From Adineta vaga (taxonomy: Eukaryota > Animalia > Rotifera): a stretch of 64,000 nucleotides of DNA. The stretch lies in the NCBI GenBank assembly GCA_021613535.1, contig CP075493.1:11160001-11224000 (forward strand), in the 5' to 3' direction. Numbering within the stretch: position 1 is the first letter of the stretch; the number at the start of each line of letters is the position of its first letter. Both the position numbers and the translations under genes were made by a program. The notes beneath the pieces were generated by a model. The model ran no database searches and was not told where the DNA came from. It saw only the letters and a program-made list of their open reading frames with translations. Below, piece by piece: positions 49,285-60,751 of the stretch.

Positions 49285-49804
49285 TTTGAAAAGAAAAAGA
49301 AAAACAACTAATGTTGAACTTTATGTTTTAGTTGTGATAAATGTTAAGTTTATCTTTCATCAACTCACATCAATACTTTTTTTTATCTAATTAGTTAAAT
49401 TAATGGAATGTGCATGATCAAATATCTATATTTATCAATGAGAGAACAGAATTAACAGTTGAAAAATAAAACAACATTTATGCGTTATACTTTTGATACA
49501 CATTTATCATATAGTGGAATTAGATATGGGAGTTCTCTATATTATTTTTCAATATTGATGTCATAAATTAAAAAGAAGAAATTGACTGAAAGAAAAAGAG
49601 TTTTTCCCCTTACATGCTTTTTTAATAATTCATGATAAAATATTTTTTCATTATGTTTCAATGATTTTCTTTTTTCAAAGTTATTCATTAACAAATACTG
49701 ACTGCAAATCTTCTTTTCTTATATTCATTGTTTTTCATCAAATATGTATCATCTCAATTGATGCTTTTCACATATTTTATAATAGCGTTATATTGTTTAA
49801 CTTC

Positions 49805-51006
49805 CTACATGTTGTTTTCTTTCAATGTTTTTCTTCTCGCAATTGGTTTTGTTCGTTGAATATTTAAACGAAGATTGATTTGTTCAAATGATTCTTCAGT
49901 TAATGTTACATTAATTAATGTAAATAATTTGTAGAAAACTAATCCATGAAGTTTATATCGAATGGTATTAAGTCCATCTTTTTTGTAATCATACTTTGAA
50001 TGAAGTATAATATTTCGATTAGGATTTACTTCACTCGATGTATGATTATATGAACGAATCATTTGATAACGTGCAATATTTACGGAATAACGTACGATTG
50101 ATCTTTTTAGTATTTTAATTATCCGTCGATACATATCATCATCTTCACCACCCCAACCCCAATAAATAGTTGCATAACCATTAACATTCATAAAATCTGA
50201 TAAACTAAATGCTGTTACACCACCGAATAGAGTTGGATAGAGTAAAGTATAATTAAATGTATCGACAGCCACTGACCTAAATAACAAAAAGATTTCCAAC
50301 AAATTCTATATAAGATACACTCGATGTAATTTATATTCACGTACATATGTTTTGGTTGTTTTCCACATTTATAACTATTTCGTAAATCTTCTGGTAAAAG
50401 ATCAACATCATGAAAAATGAAACAATCAAATGCATATAATTTCCTTGCTTCAAGAAAACCGATATTGAATAGAGCTGCTCGATTAAATTGTTCTTGTCCA
50501 TGTTGATTAACAACAAATATTGTATAATCAAGTTGTTGTTTTTGAAGAAATGAATGAATATTATTCAAAAATAATTTCAAATGAATTTTACGATTTCTAT
50601 AACAAACAATTAATGCTAAACGTTGTTCCGATCGGCATGTTTTCGGAAAATAATGTCCGCCTAGATGAAGATTTTTTCCATAATGTCGTTCAATAATATC
50701 AAATGAATAAATAGTTTTATTGATGATTACTCGATGTAAAGTAGACGTATGATTACATATTGAATAGGATTTATAAATCGAAGGATTAGGTGTTATAAAT
50801 GAAGAAAATGTCATTGTTTCTGATTGAAGGGTACTATTATGGACGAATATTTTTGTAATAGGTGACGAGAATTGATGTAAATTGAATGATGATGATTTTC
50901 TTTCTATTAGATTTTTTTTTATTTGTAAAGTAAGGATATAATAAAATATTTCCAACAAAACAATAAAACATACGATTAAAAGCATCGACCATCGATTGAG
51001 AAACAT
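49805..51006 (-). CDS. GT7 beta-1,4-galactosyl/N-acetylgalactosaminyltransferase, type II Golgi protein (2 exons)
   Basis: N-terminal TM anchor; FNRA, FHDVDLLP, PKHM|SVAVD (intron 50277-50344), LFGGV and YWGWGGEDDD. Confidence 0.93.
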
Positions 51007-51412
51007 TAAGAAGATCTATGATTCATCAATAATGGCTGCATGTATGATGTTTTGACCTAAAGATTGATTATATTTTACAATTAAGATCGAACACGATTTG
51101 TACATGTGATTGAACTGTAATGTTTGTCACATTATTTGTACATATTTGAAGCAATAGCGATTAGCAGAGAAAGATATATTAAACATGTGAGAGCTCTTTT
51201 GTGCAAGTTTTATTTGTTTAGTTGCCACGATAATAATGACAGTTTTTGTTCTTTTCTTCTATTAATTCCTCTTTCTCATATTACTTTTAAATGGCAACCG
51301 AAAAGATCATTTTAACACCTTTTGAATGTATAAAAATGTGAATATATTTCTATTCGTTCTGAATACTTCAGTGAACTGTAGTATTATTTATTTTAAAAGA
51401 AACATAAATCAG

Positions 51413-51846
51413 TTATGAAGTATAAACACGATGAATATTATATCTAGCAGTCACTTTTTTCTGTGCTATCTTGTAGAAAAGCCCACCGAATGTATCAACG
51501 ATGTTATATAACATATTGACATTTAGTTTGAATGCTGCTTGACGAACTTCACCCACCCATTGAAACCAACCACCTAACTCCTCACATGTACTATTAAGAC
51601 ATGAACCAAATGCATCGTCACATGAATCCAGTGTCTTTCCACATGTTTCATAGCAAGTATCATGCTCACTGCAACACTCTTTCATAGTGCACCTTGGTCG
51701 ACAACTGTAAGAGGTATATCAATGTCTATTAAAGCAGAACCACTTCCATTAGGAGAACGACGTAATCGATGATGATTGTCGCTGTGTACAGCATGCATTA
51801 GAACGAAGAAGAACAAACAGAGATAGGCAGCCTGATACATATTCAT
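51413..51846 (-). pseudogene. Group XII-like secreted phospholipase A2 with a 1-bp frameshift
   Basis: The signal peptide from ATG 51846 and PNGSGS are one base out of frame with CCSEHDTCYETCG...CDDAFGSCL (His-Asp dyad motif); shift at about 51686. Confidence 0.75.
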
Positions 51847-52074
51847 GCTGTCGAGTATTCTTCGAGAATTGATTATACAGAATGAAAATATTATTCCATA
51901 AGCTTTTATATAGTAACGATAAGTGAAGTATATTATGGATGAAAAAACTGCGGTTGAATAAGCAAGAATAGAATTTAAAATATAAATTTACGCATAAAAA
52001 TGATATTGCGTATGTAATATAATTAGTTTATACTTTTTGTACTTTTATTCAGAATCGAGGGTACAAAATCGATG

Positions 52075-53913
52075 TCATCGAAATTTGTCAAATGGAAATG
52101 CATTTCTTAATGGAGTTAAATCAATCTTTGGGAAAACTTCTCCTCTCATTTGAATTGCTTGCTCAATTGTTGTTGCATATCGAAGTGTTCGATTTGTTCC
52201 TTCATAATAATCATGAAACTTGAATAAATTTAACAATGGTGATTTTAATAATCTCGCCGGTATTCCAAATGCTTCTGCTACAACAATTCCATGTAAAGCA
52301 GTTGATATGACAAATTTACTTTCAAGAATTAAATTTATCAATTCATTCCAAGGTAAAAATGTATGAACAGTAACAATTTGATTCAAACCCGATGAAAGCA
52401 ATTTCTTTTCAACATCAACGTAATGCAAAATAAGCAATATAGAAATGATTGGCTTCATAGATTTCTTGTAAGATGGTAAATAATACGGTAATAATAATGC
52501 TGGATCACCATAGATTTTCGGAAGAGTTAAATTATATTTGTTCATAAGAAGATTTCGTGTTCGTGGACCTCGAACAGCTCGAATATCAAGTGTATTTATG
52601 AGTGATGAATCGAAATAGAAAGGAAATTTTAAAGGATTCAATATTCCAGATCCCCATATGACATCATTTCGACAGGCAAAATCCATGATACTTCCAATAG
52701 CTAATAATTTCGATTTTTCACAAAATAAATCAGGTTGAATATCGTTCATGATTGAAATATTTGAACCGACCATCGTACTAACAAGAATATAAGATAATTT
52801 ATCACCAAAATTTTCATGTTTATTCTTCGACTGCCAATAAAATAATGGAAACTCTTTCTTGGTTTGAATGATTGAAGAATGATTCATATTTCGATATGTT
52901 AATAAGAGAAGTAACATGAAGGTGAAAAGAAGAAATAAGAATTTTCGACGTGTTAGAAATCGAAAAATATTCTCATTGATTTTATAGAATAAAATGCCCA
53001 AAAAAATGAAGAAATTTCCGATTATTATCATCATCAAATTCATTGTAGAATTCATATAGATAGATGAAACTAAAATCACCACCGGTCGTTTTAATATTGA
53101 TAATAAACTATACGAAACTAATTGTACTCTTGAACAGATTATAATCGATGTACTATTTGAAAGAAAACTATATAAACCTATGAAACATAAGATTTTTCCA
53201 TTTCTATATAATAAAACATCAGAAACACCAATAATCAACATGAAAATGAATGAAAACAATGTACTAATTCCATATAAAACTATTTGTTTGTGTATTTCAT
53301 CAATATTGTCCAGATCGATAGATTGAATACAAAAATTTCGAATAACTATCAACAGATTCATTAATATACCAAGTAGAACGATTATACTAAATAAATGACA
53401 TTGATTATTACACCATGTGATTAATATTACACCGAATATCATTAAAATGGTTCCAATCCATTTTTCTGTGTTTAAATCATTTTTCTTGGACGTTCGTAGA
53501 AAATAGACAAATATCTGTGCGAATAATGGTTCTAAAGTACGAATTGTATGTACACAAGGAATATTTGACCATGTTAACATTATATTCATCGTTAATATTG
53601 CCAAAAAATGTAATAAACTAGCAAATAGAAATGATACAAGCATTTGTTTCGTATATGTCCCATCCATAATCAATCTACTTATCGATGAAGTTTTATATGA
53701 TTGATTGATTAAGTACGATATGATAAAAATTAAACTTATTCCAAATAAACATGACAAATTCTGAATAAATACTCCAAGACATATGAATGATAAAACAGTC
53801 GCATGATCATTAGACGATAACGTTGAATGAAGAAATTTCTCAAGAAATAAAGAAAAACCAATTGAAGATGAATACCATATTCCGACCAGAAGCCATATCC
53901 AATCTTTCTCCAT
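52075..53913 (-). CDS. Fusion of TPT/SLC35E-type phosphate-translocator domain and GumL/ExoV-like polysaccharide pyruvyltransferase
   Basis: Intronless 612 aa. Ten TM helices with VHTIRTLEPLF and ILKRPVVILVSS; an 11th TM; then NFGD, AIGS, IWGSG, IRAVRGPRTR, YGDPALLLP, ISTALHGIVVAEAFGIP and FKFHDYYEGT. Confidence 0.88.
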   Translation of the reverse strand: MEKDWIWLLVGIWYSSSIGFSLFLEKFLHSTLSSNDHATVLSFICLGVFIQNLSCLFGISLIFIISYLINQSYKTSSISRLIMDGTYTKQMLVSFLFASLLHFLAILTMNIMLTWSNIPCVHTIRTLEPLFAQIFVYFLRTSKKNDLNTEKWIGTILMIFGVILITWCNNQCHLFSIIVLLGILMNLLIVIRNFCIQSIDLDNIDEIHKQIVLYGISTLFSFIFMLIIGVSDVLLYRNGKILCFIGLYSFLSNSTSIIICSRVQLVSYSLLSILKRPVVILVSSIYMNSTMNLMMIIIGNFFIFLGILFYKINENIFRFLTRRKFLFLLFTFMLLLLLTYRNMNHSSIIQTKKEFPLFYWQSKNKHENFGDKLSYILVSTMVGSNISIMNDIQPDLFCEKSKLLAIGSIMDFACRNDVIWGSGILNPLKFPFYFDSSLINTLDIRAVRGPRTRNLLMNKYNLTLPKIYGDPALLLPYYLPSYKKSMKPIISILLILHYVDVEKKLLSSGLNQIVTVHTFLPWNELINLILESKFVISTALHGIVVAEAFGIPARLLKSPLLNLFKFHDYYEGTNRTLRYATTIEQAIQMRGEVFPKIDLTPLRNAFPFDKFR

Positions 53914-54249
53914 ATATGTTTAGACGATTATTCAATATTACAAATTTCTATTCTGTATAAATAATAGGCTTGATTTTTGAAAAAAAACTTATTCTTTCTA
54001 TACTCCAATGGACTCTTTTCAAGCATATGAATGCATCATCATGGTTGATTTATTCATAATCATTCATTATAAAGATATTCTTTTCTCTCTCATTATATAT
54101 GTATATATATAGCCTGTTTCACTGCAAAAAAGATCAATATTATCGTTTATCAAACGCATGGAAGGATTCAAACGAACACGAAATTTATGAAATATTTGAA
54201 TAATCGATTTCAAAGTTTAGTTCTTCAATAAAATCATTTTCTTCATATT

Positions 54250-54880
54250 AATATTTCAACAATGTCTCGATCCAATTTCGACCTTTATCGTCAAAATATG
54301 ATTGAACTAAATAGACATCGAATTAATTATCTTTGCTTATTTCTTTACAAAACTGCATTCACTATGTCTTTCATTTGCTGATTATCTCTCAAATCCAGGT
54401 GAAATTCTCAGTTCAATTTTTCGATTATCAAGATTAAAATCATGTCAATTAACTTATCGAACGAGATCTGATCAACATTCAAAGTCAATTTATTTACCTG
54501 AAAGTCATGTTAGTTCACTTGAATCTTTAGTAACCAATGCACATTTATCTATTACTTCATTATCTAATCTGTTCATTCGTCTTCCAAAACTTCGTCATGT
54601 AACTATACACAAGATACAACATATGTACGTGAGCAACATTGCGAAACATTTATTTCATCGTCAATGTCAAAATTATGTATGTTTGATTTATATTTTCATG
54701 GAAAAATACTTGATTATGATGTATTCACGCCTTTTCTTGCTCATCAATTTACGTATTCATTTCGTTAACAACAACGGCTAGGATCATTTAATCTTGTATT
54801 TAAACAATCCATATCAACTACAAATCAAGTGATATATGCTGAACTTATTTCCAATCATTTTCACGACTAGAATCATTGAA
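54250..54880 (+). pseudogene. Possible degraded LRR/F-box-family relic
   Basis: Fragments such as SLESLVTNAHISITSLSNLFIRLPKLRHVTI lie among stops; weak evidence. Confidence 0.3.
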
Positions 54881-56044
54881 AGCAAGAATGACACGAAAAG
54901 AAAGAATAAGACAAATCGTTGATTCTTTTTCTATATTACACAAATTCCTGAAGTTTGTTTTCAAGTAATAATTATTTTTATTTGGGTAGAAAAGTTGATT
55001 GATCAATATTCGATGAAATTGTTTGATCATGATATATATTTATGGTGGTAATTAAGTCGAGCAAGAACTTTTATCAATAAGAAACTTTTAGTACACGATC
55101 ACTGAGCGTATCACTAACATAAAGATTTTCATATTGATCAAGAAATAAATTGGAAGCATAATCTAGTTGATCAGATACAGAACCCCTCACCGAGTTCACC
55201 AACGAGTAAACTACATGATGTTGCTCCTTTTAGCCAACGCATTATTCAATGTGTCAAAAAACCTACCGATTAGATTAAATGATGTTACTTTTCTTCGTAA
55301 GTATATGGCTTAAATATAATTTTTTTTCATACTCTCATCATGTGTCAACATTAGAGCTGGATTACTTTTATGCACGTATCTTTTGATATGTCGATAACAA
55401 TGTATGCACGTTTCTAAGTATATGCATTTGTCTGATAAAATAATTTCGATATCAACTGGGAGAAATAACAACGAAACCCATCAATTATGTAATACTTAGA
55501 AACGATTCATCGTCACTTTTCTCAATAAAATGAGAAAAAACTTATTGTAATGCAAGAGAACTTCCTTATACATATCAGCTTGTTAATAAATGCAAACTAT
55601 AACCATCTATATATCATCTACTATTTCATCATTATTCAACATCTCAGTGATAAATACTATTGAATATGTACATCCATTATTTCAAATAAAAACAATAAGT
55701 TTTGTTTCTTTTTCTCTTTATCATACCAAGGGAATCTCCCATAACCTATACAACAGATAAAATGAATCGTAATAAATTTTTTCATTTTTTTGTATATAAA
55801 CCATCTTAAAACGCTAGAAGAATACATTCAAAATTTTCATATCGTCTTTTTATGTCCGAAAAAGAGCAAGTCATTCTATTTCACCACGTATGTTTATGAA
55901 TTAAATTATCATTGATATCTAAACGCAAGTACTACTTTCATACGCATCTAAGCTTGCATTTTACCAAGTTAAACTAAAGACGTATAAGATCGACCAATTC
56001 ACAATCTCTTGATAACCTTTTTTTTCTTTAGATCAACATCAACG

Positions 56045-58165
56045 ATGTTTTTATTTCAAATCATTCTATATTTTACAATTATAAGTGATCTATTATTGTG
56101 TTTACCAATCGAAACTGAATCAATCGTAGCACCTGATGCATATTTCGAGGATGTAACTGTCTCAAATCAAACGAAACCAAAACTTACATTGGATGAATTT
56201 TTCAATTACACAACTTTTCCATTTATGTCATTTTCACCTACAGGTGAATATCTACTATACCAAACTCAACGTCCATCATTGGGTAATACGTACTATACTA
56301 CAAGTTTGTGGTTATACAATATTAAAACGATGGAAACAATACAGATTACAAACGAATTTTCTTCAACTGTGACACCACAATGGTCACCTAATGGCGCTTT
56401 TATAGCTTTTGTCTCCCATTACATATGGCTACCAAATTCTACAACTATTCTTCGAAAGAAAGATACAAGTGAACTGTTATTATCGTTTTTGAAACTATTC
56501 GATTATCGTATTCTTTTATACTCAGTTCAATCAAATCAACTTGTATCGATTCCAATTGGAGATGATATTCCTAATGTTTTGACATGGTCTCATAATGATT
56601 CGACCATTTATTTTTCTCAAAACAGATACGGAAGCAGTTTGTGGCAGACAAATGTTAATCCATCGGAACAAAAACAATACGTCAGGATAGCGACAATCAA
56701 TCGTCTTGATCTCGAAAAAGACAATGAAACATTTGTCTACGAAATAAATAGGATTGTAACTGTTTACGCTCATATTGATGAATTATTATTGGTTCCATTA
56801 GAAGACAAACTCGTGTTTACAAACAAACCAAGTGATGTTAGTACTTCTCAAACAAATGAGATTTATTCACTTGATTTAAACAATAGTTCAAACGTGATCC
56901 GATTAACAAATAATAGTAGAAAAGAAAACATATTGAAATTATCTAACGATGGCAGCCGTGTGCTGTTTACTGTAGGTGTTGTCATGGAAAATAACATTGA
57001 TTACTCATATCAAGGATTATATTCGTTAGATGTAACAAATGGAAATATAACAGCCATTTTAGAATATCCTAAATGTCAGCTGCACAATTATGCTCATAGA
57101 TCAGATGGCGGTGTCTATGTGCTTTCACAATGTCGAACAGAAATTTATGTAGCTACACAAAAATCGATAGGTGAAGAATGGGTTGATCTTAACCCTGACT
57201 GGGGAACTTATGAATCTATTGCATCATCTTCTAATCCAAACTGCCCATTGGCTTTTGTTCATTCTTCATCGAAAAAGCCTATGGAAATTTATTGTGCCAA
57301 TAATACTTTTGATCTTACATTGGCAAAACAGATCACAAATGAAAATAAGTTATTTGCCGAAAGAAATCTACCTCAAACCAAAGTCTACAATTGGACAAAT
57401 CAAGATGACAATACGGTAATCGAAGGAATATTACATTATCCACCAGATCAATTTCAAGCAGAAAACTTACCTCTATTTGTTCTTATTCATGGTGGTCCTA
57501 AATATGCAAGTATAAATAAACTAGAACCAACCTTCTTCGAATGGGCAACATTGGCGGCTTCCGAAGGTTGGTTAGTATTAGAGCCTAATTATCGTGGATC
57601 ATCAGGATATGGAGATGATTTTATGGAAGAGATCTATGGAAAACCTCTTAGTTTGGCTGGAAGAGATATTCTATCAGGAATCGATCAGCTCATTGCTGAT
57701 GGAATTGTTGATCCATCACGGCTGGCTGTTGGTGGTTGTAGTTTTGGTGGTTCATTGACAAACTGGTTAATTACACAAAGGGACGACTTCAAAGCTGCTC
57801 TTTCTTGCTCCGGTGCAGTTGACCATGTCTCTGCCTGGGGTCTTATGGATAGTCCTGTATTTTACACAGTTTATTTAAATGGAACACCATGGCAAATGCC
57901 TCATTTATATCAGAACGAATCACCTATTTATCAACTGCACAAAGTACGAGCCCCAACACACATCTGTACTGGTGATCGTGATAAACGAGTTCCTGCCAGT
58001 CAAAGTTATATGTTAGAACGTGGAATTCGTGCTCTGGAAGTGCCTGTGAAATTGTTAACTTTTTCAGATGAAGCACACGGGTTCTCTCAGCCGTTAAGTG
58101 GAAAAATAAAAGTTCGTGAAGAATTAAAATGGTTGAAGAAATATGTTCCCGATGATGCAAATTAA
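56045..58165 (+). CDS. Secreted S9-family (acylaminoacyl/dipeptidyl) peptidase
   Basis: Signal peptide from ATG 56045; beta-propeller region (FSPTG, WSPNG); IHGGP, PNYRGSSGYG; catalytic triad GCSFGG / GDRDKRVP / EAHGF. Confidence 0.92.
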   Translation: MFLFQIILYFTIISDLLLCLPIETESIVAPDAYFEDVTVSNQTKPKLTLDEFFNYTTFPFMSFSPTGEYLLYQTQRPSLGNTYYTTSLWLYNIKTMETIQITNEFSSTVTPQWSPNGAFIAFVSHYIWLPNSTTILRKKDTSELLLSFLKLFDYRILLYSVQSNQLVSIPIGDDIPNVLTWSHNDSTIYFSQNRYGSSLWQTNVNPSEQKQYVRIATINRLDLEKDNETFVYEINRIVTVYAHIDELLLVPLEDKLVFTNKPSDVSTSQTNEIYSLDLNNSSNVIRLTNNSRKENILKLSNDGSRVLFTVGVVMENNIDYSYQGLYSLDVTNGNITAILEYPKCQLHNYAHRSDGGVYVLSQCRTEIYVATQKSIGEEWVDLNPDWGTYESIASSSNPNCPLAFVHSSSKKPMEIYCANNTFDLTLAKQITNENKLFAERNLPQTKVYNWTNQDDNTVIEGILHYPPDQFQAENLPLFVLIHGGPKYASINKLEPTFFEWATLAASEGWLVLEPNYRGSSGYGDDFMEEIYGKPLSLAGRDILSGIDQLIADGIVDPSRLAVGGCSFGGSLTNWLITQRDDFKAALSCSGAVDHVSAWGLMDSPVFYTVYLNGTPWQMPHLYQNESPIYQLHKVRAPTHICTGDRDKRVPASQSYMLERGIRALEVPVKLLTFSDEAHGFSQPLSGKIKVREELKWLKKYVPDDAN

Positions 58166-58742
58166 AATATAACAAACAAAAATCTCTTTTTCAATAAATA
58201 AAGAAATAAAAGAGCATGATGCTGAAATGTAATGAACAACTACATGAAAAATAAGAGTGATCGGTATCATTTAATCTGATATTGATAAAAAATTAAGTGA
58301 GATAAGGAAGTACGCTAGATAGATGAAATAACAACATCGAAAAAGTATATACGAGCGAATAAAAAAGATTTGAATGAAAAAAAATTATATGTTGGATAGT
58401 TTTTTCTTGTCAAGATTAGTAACGAATACTTTATTTCATTAAAAACTAGTCGCGTAGCATAAAATGCGTGTTTGATGATGCTGGAAGTATACCTATCTTT
58501 TATGTACGTACACACCCATAAATCTCAGATTAGTTGTATATACAACCTAAATCAAACAATTTTCTTTCTATTTCTATTTGTTCTGCCATAAATAATTGTT
58601 TGAAAAGGATCGATCGAAATAGAAAAATAAAAATTGATTCTTTTGTTACAATAGCTATTTACATTCCCGTTTAAAGAATAAATATTCAAACGAGATTCAT
58701 ATAAAAATCAATCGACGTCATTCAAAGAAAAACGTATTTTTT

Positions 58743-59790
58743 ATGAAATTATTCCTGCCAATGTATCTTTGGCCTTTTCTCATTATTCTAGCTTTTGTTT
58801 CTTCAAAATACGTTGAATCTGTTCGAGTTGGTTCTATGCAAGATGTGATCTTCTCGTCTTCATATGCTATTGTTGTACCAATGAATGAAACATGTATCGA
58901 ATGTATTTGTAGTATGATTCTATCAGACAATACTATTGGTGTTAGTTGTTTACAAAATAGAACTTGTTTGTTCTTCTATAATTACTCTTTATCCTACTCT
59001 CTCGAGAAAAGTCCAAATTCAAGTTTTCATTTTCTTGCTCTACCAACAGAACAACAATATTCCACCGTGGCAACAATTTCAACAACAGAAATGAGTGAGC
59101 TCATATAGTTAAAAGATAAATCAGAAGAATGAATTCTTTTTATTTTAGTGATGACAACAGCTGATAGCAGTGGTAAGTTATGTTCAAAAATGCAATTGTT
59201 CTTAATACAAAAGAACAAAAAAACGATATCTAGAATTGATTTTTTCAGTTACAACATCATCCATTAGTGTTAATGAACACATTTATGGTGTATATAATAC
59301 AACTGCAGGTAGTGATAGTCTTCTAGCAACAACTGGGGTTGACATTGGGCAATATCCTGCAAAAGAAAAACCATTGAACGCCATTGATGGAATTATCTCG
59401 ACAAAGTATTTAAGCTTTGGTGTATGCAAAGAATCAACTAGTCCTAATGCTGAATGTGGTTTAAACACCGGTTTCTATCAGGAATTACAAAATGGAGCAT
59501 TATTAGTTACTGGTTTTCAAATCTGCACAGCTGAGGACTTTCCAGAACGAGATCCACTTATCGTGACATTGGAAGGAAGTAATCTGTCTGATACACTTCT
59601 TATGAATGGCTCTAGCTGGAACGTTATCTATACCGGTGATAGTGGTCTTCAACCAGATCCTGGCCGAAATACATATGGCGTAATAAAATCTATTAATAAC
59701 TCAATTTCATATAAGAACTATCGATTTCTTGTTACAAACAAACGTTCAATATCAAACAGTGTTCAATATTCTGAAGTAAAACTACTCTGA
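58743..59790 (+). CDS. Secreted protein: Cys-rich (Apple/PAN-like) domain, Thr-rich linker, discoidin/CBM32-like C-terminal domain (3 exons)
   Basis: Introns 59095-59148 and 59173-59248 give a 918-nt frame. TCIECICSM in the N-terminal part; NAIDG..STKYLSFG and EDFPERDPLIVTLEGSN in the C-terminal part. Confidence 0.75.
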
Positions 59791-59884
59791 TATCATCCAG
59801 AAATGTCTCTTTTCTATCCTACAATTCTATGCATAAATACATATAGACCACGCGATTCCCTTTACATTTAAAACAAATTGTTAA

Positions 59885-60751
59885 TTAGAAAAACATTTTT
59901 AACATTAAAGACCAGAGTATGTAAAAAATAAAATAATTGTAATTGTATGAAATAGTAAAGAGTTTATTACTGAAATTATTTGTGGGTATAAATTGTGAAT
60001 AATTCAATGGTAACATATATTGATTTTGAATTATATTATATGCTTGTTCGATTGTTTCTCGCTGATTACAATTCTGTCGATTGCAATATACTGAAGTTCT
60101 TGTTTCATAGAAGTTGCTTGGTGAATTAAAATAATAGAAAATACCAATAGCTGTAAGATAATTAGGAATACATGGAAAACTATTATTGAAATTAATGATG
60201 CTTGATTTTGATGTCAAAGTTGTCATTGTCATATCTGCCTGACAATTATAACCTGCAGTTTGACACATAACATTATGTGCACACGTAAAATTATTCTCAT
60301 CTAAAGTTGGATCAATTAATAGAGAACTTATTTCTGTTCGTATTTGTGTTTCATTTAATTGTGACCCTTTTGATGAACTAACTGATTCGATGACAAATTC
60401 TTGATCACAATTATCATTTATTGTACAAGTGTAATTGATCATACTATTCGTTGAATGAAGATTTAAGTTAAGAAAAGTTTTCAATGTTGCTGACATATTT
60501 GATTGACGTGGTTTTGTATCAAGAACACCAAAAATGATACTATGCGAAAGTTTGATTATTAGTTCAACAGTACATTCAGTTGTTTGGGGATCAATTTCAA
60601 TTGTATCACATGGAGCATGAAATGGATTTTTACTACCCGGTTTAATAGGACCGAACTCACAGTCTCGTGCACAACGAAGTGAATTAATTTCACGTATATG
60701 TTGAGTACACATAATTAGTAAAGTAAGTAGAGCAACATAGTGTAAAGACAT
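59885..60751 (-). CDS. Cys-rich secreted, probably GPI-anchored surface protein
   Basis: Signal peptide, two Cys-rich units ending YTCTINDNCD and YCNRQNCN (Ly6/uPAR-like ends), several N-glycosylation sequons and a hydrophobic C-terminus. Confidence 0.7.
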   Translation of the reverse strand: MSLHYVALLTLLIMCTQHIREINSLRCARDCEFGPIKPGSKNPFHAPCDTIEIDPQTTECTVELIIKLSHSIIFGVLDTKPRQSNMSATLKTFLNLNLHSTNSMINYTCTINDNCDQEFVIESVSSSKGSQLNETQIRTEISSLLIDPTLDENNFTCAHNVMCQTAGYNCQADMTMTTLTSKSSIINFNNSFPCIPNYLTAIGIFYYFNSPSNFYETRTSVYCNRQNCNQRETIEQAYNIIQNQYMLPLNYSQFIPTNNFSNKLFTISYNYNYFIFYILWSLMLKMFF

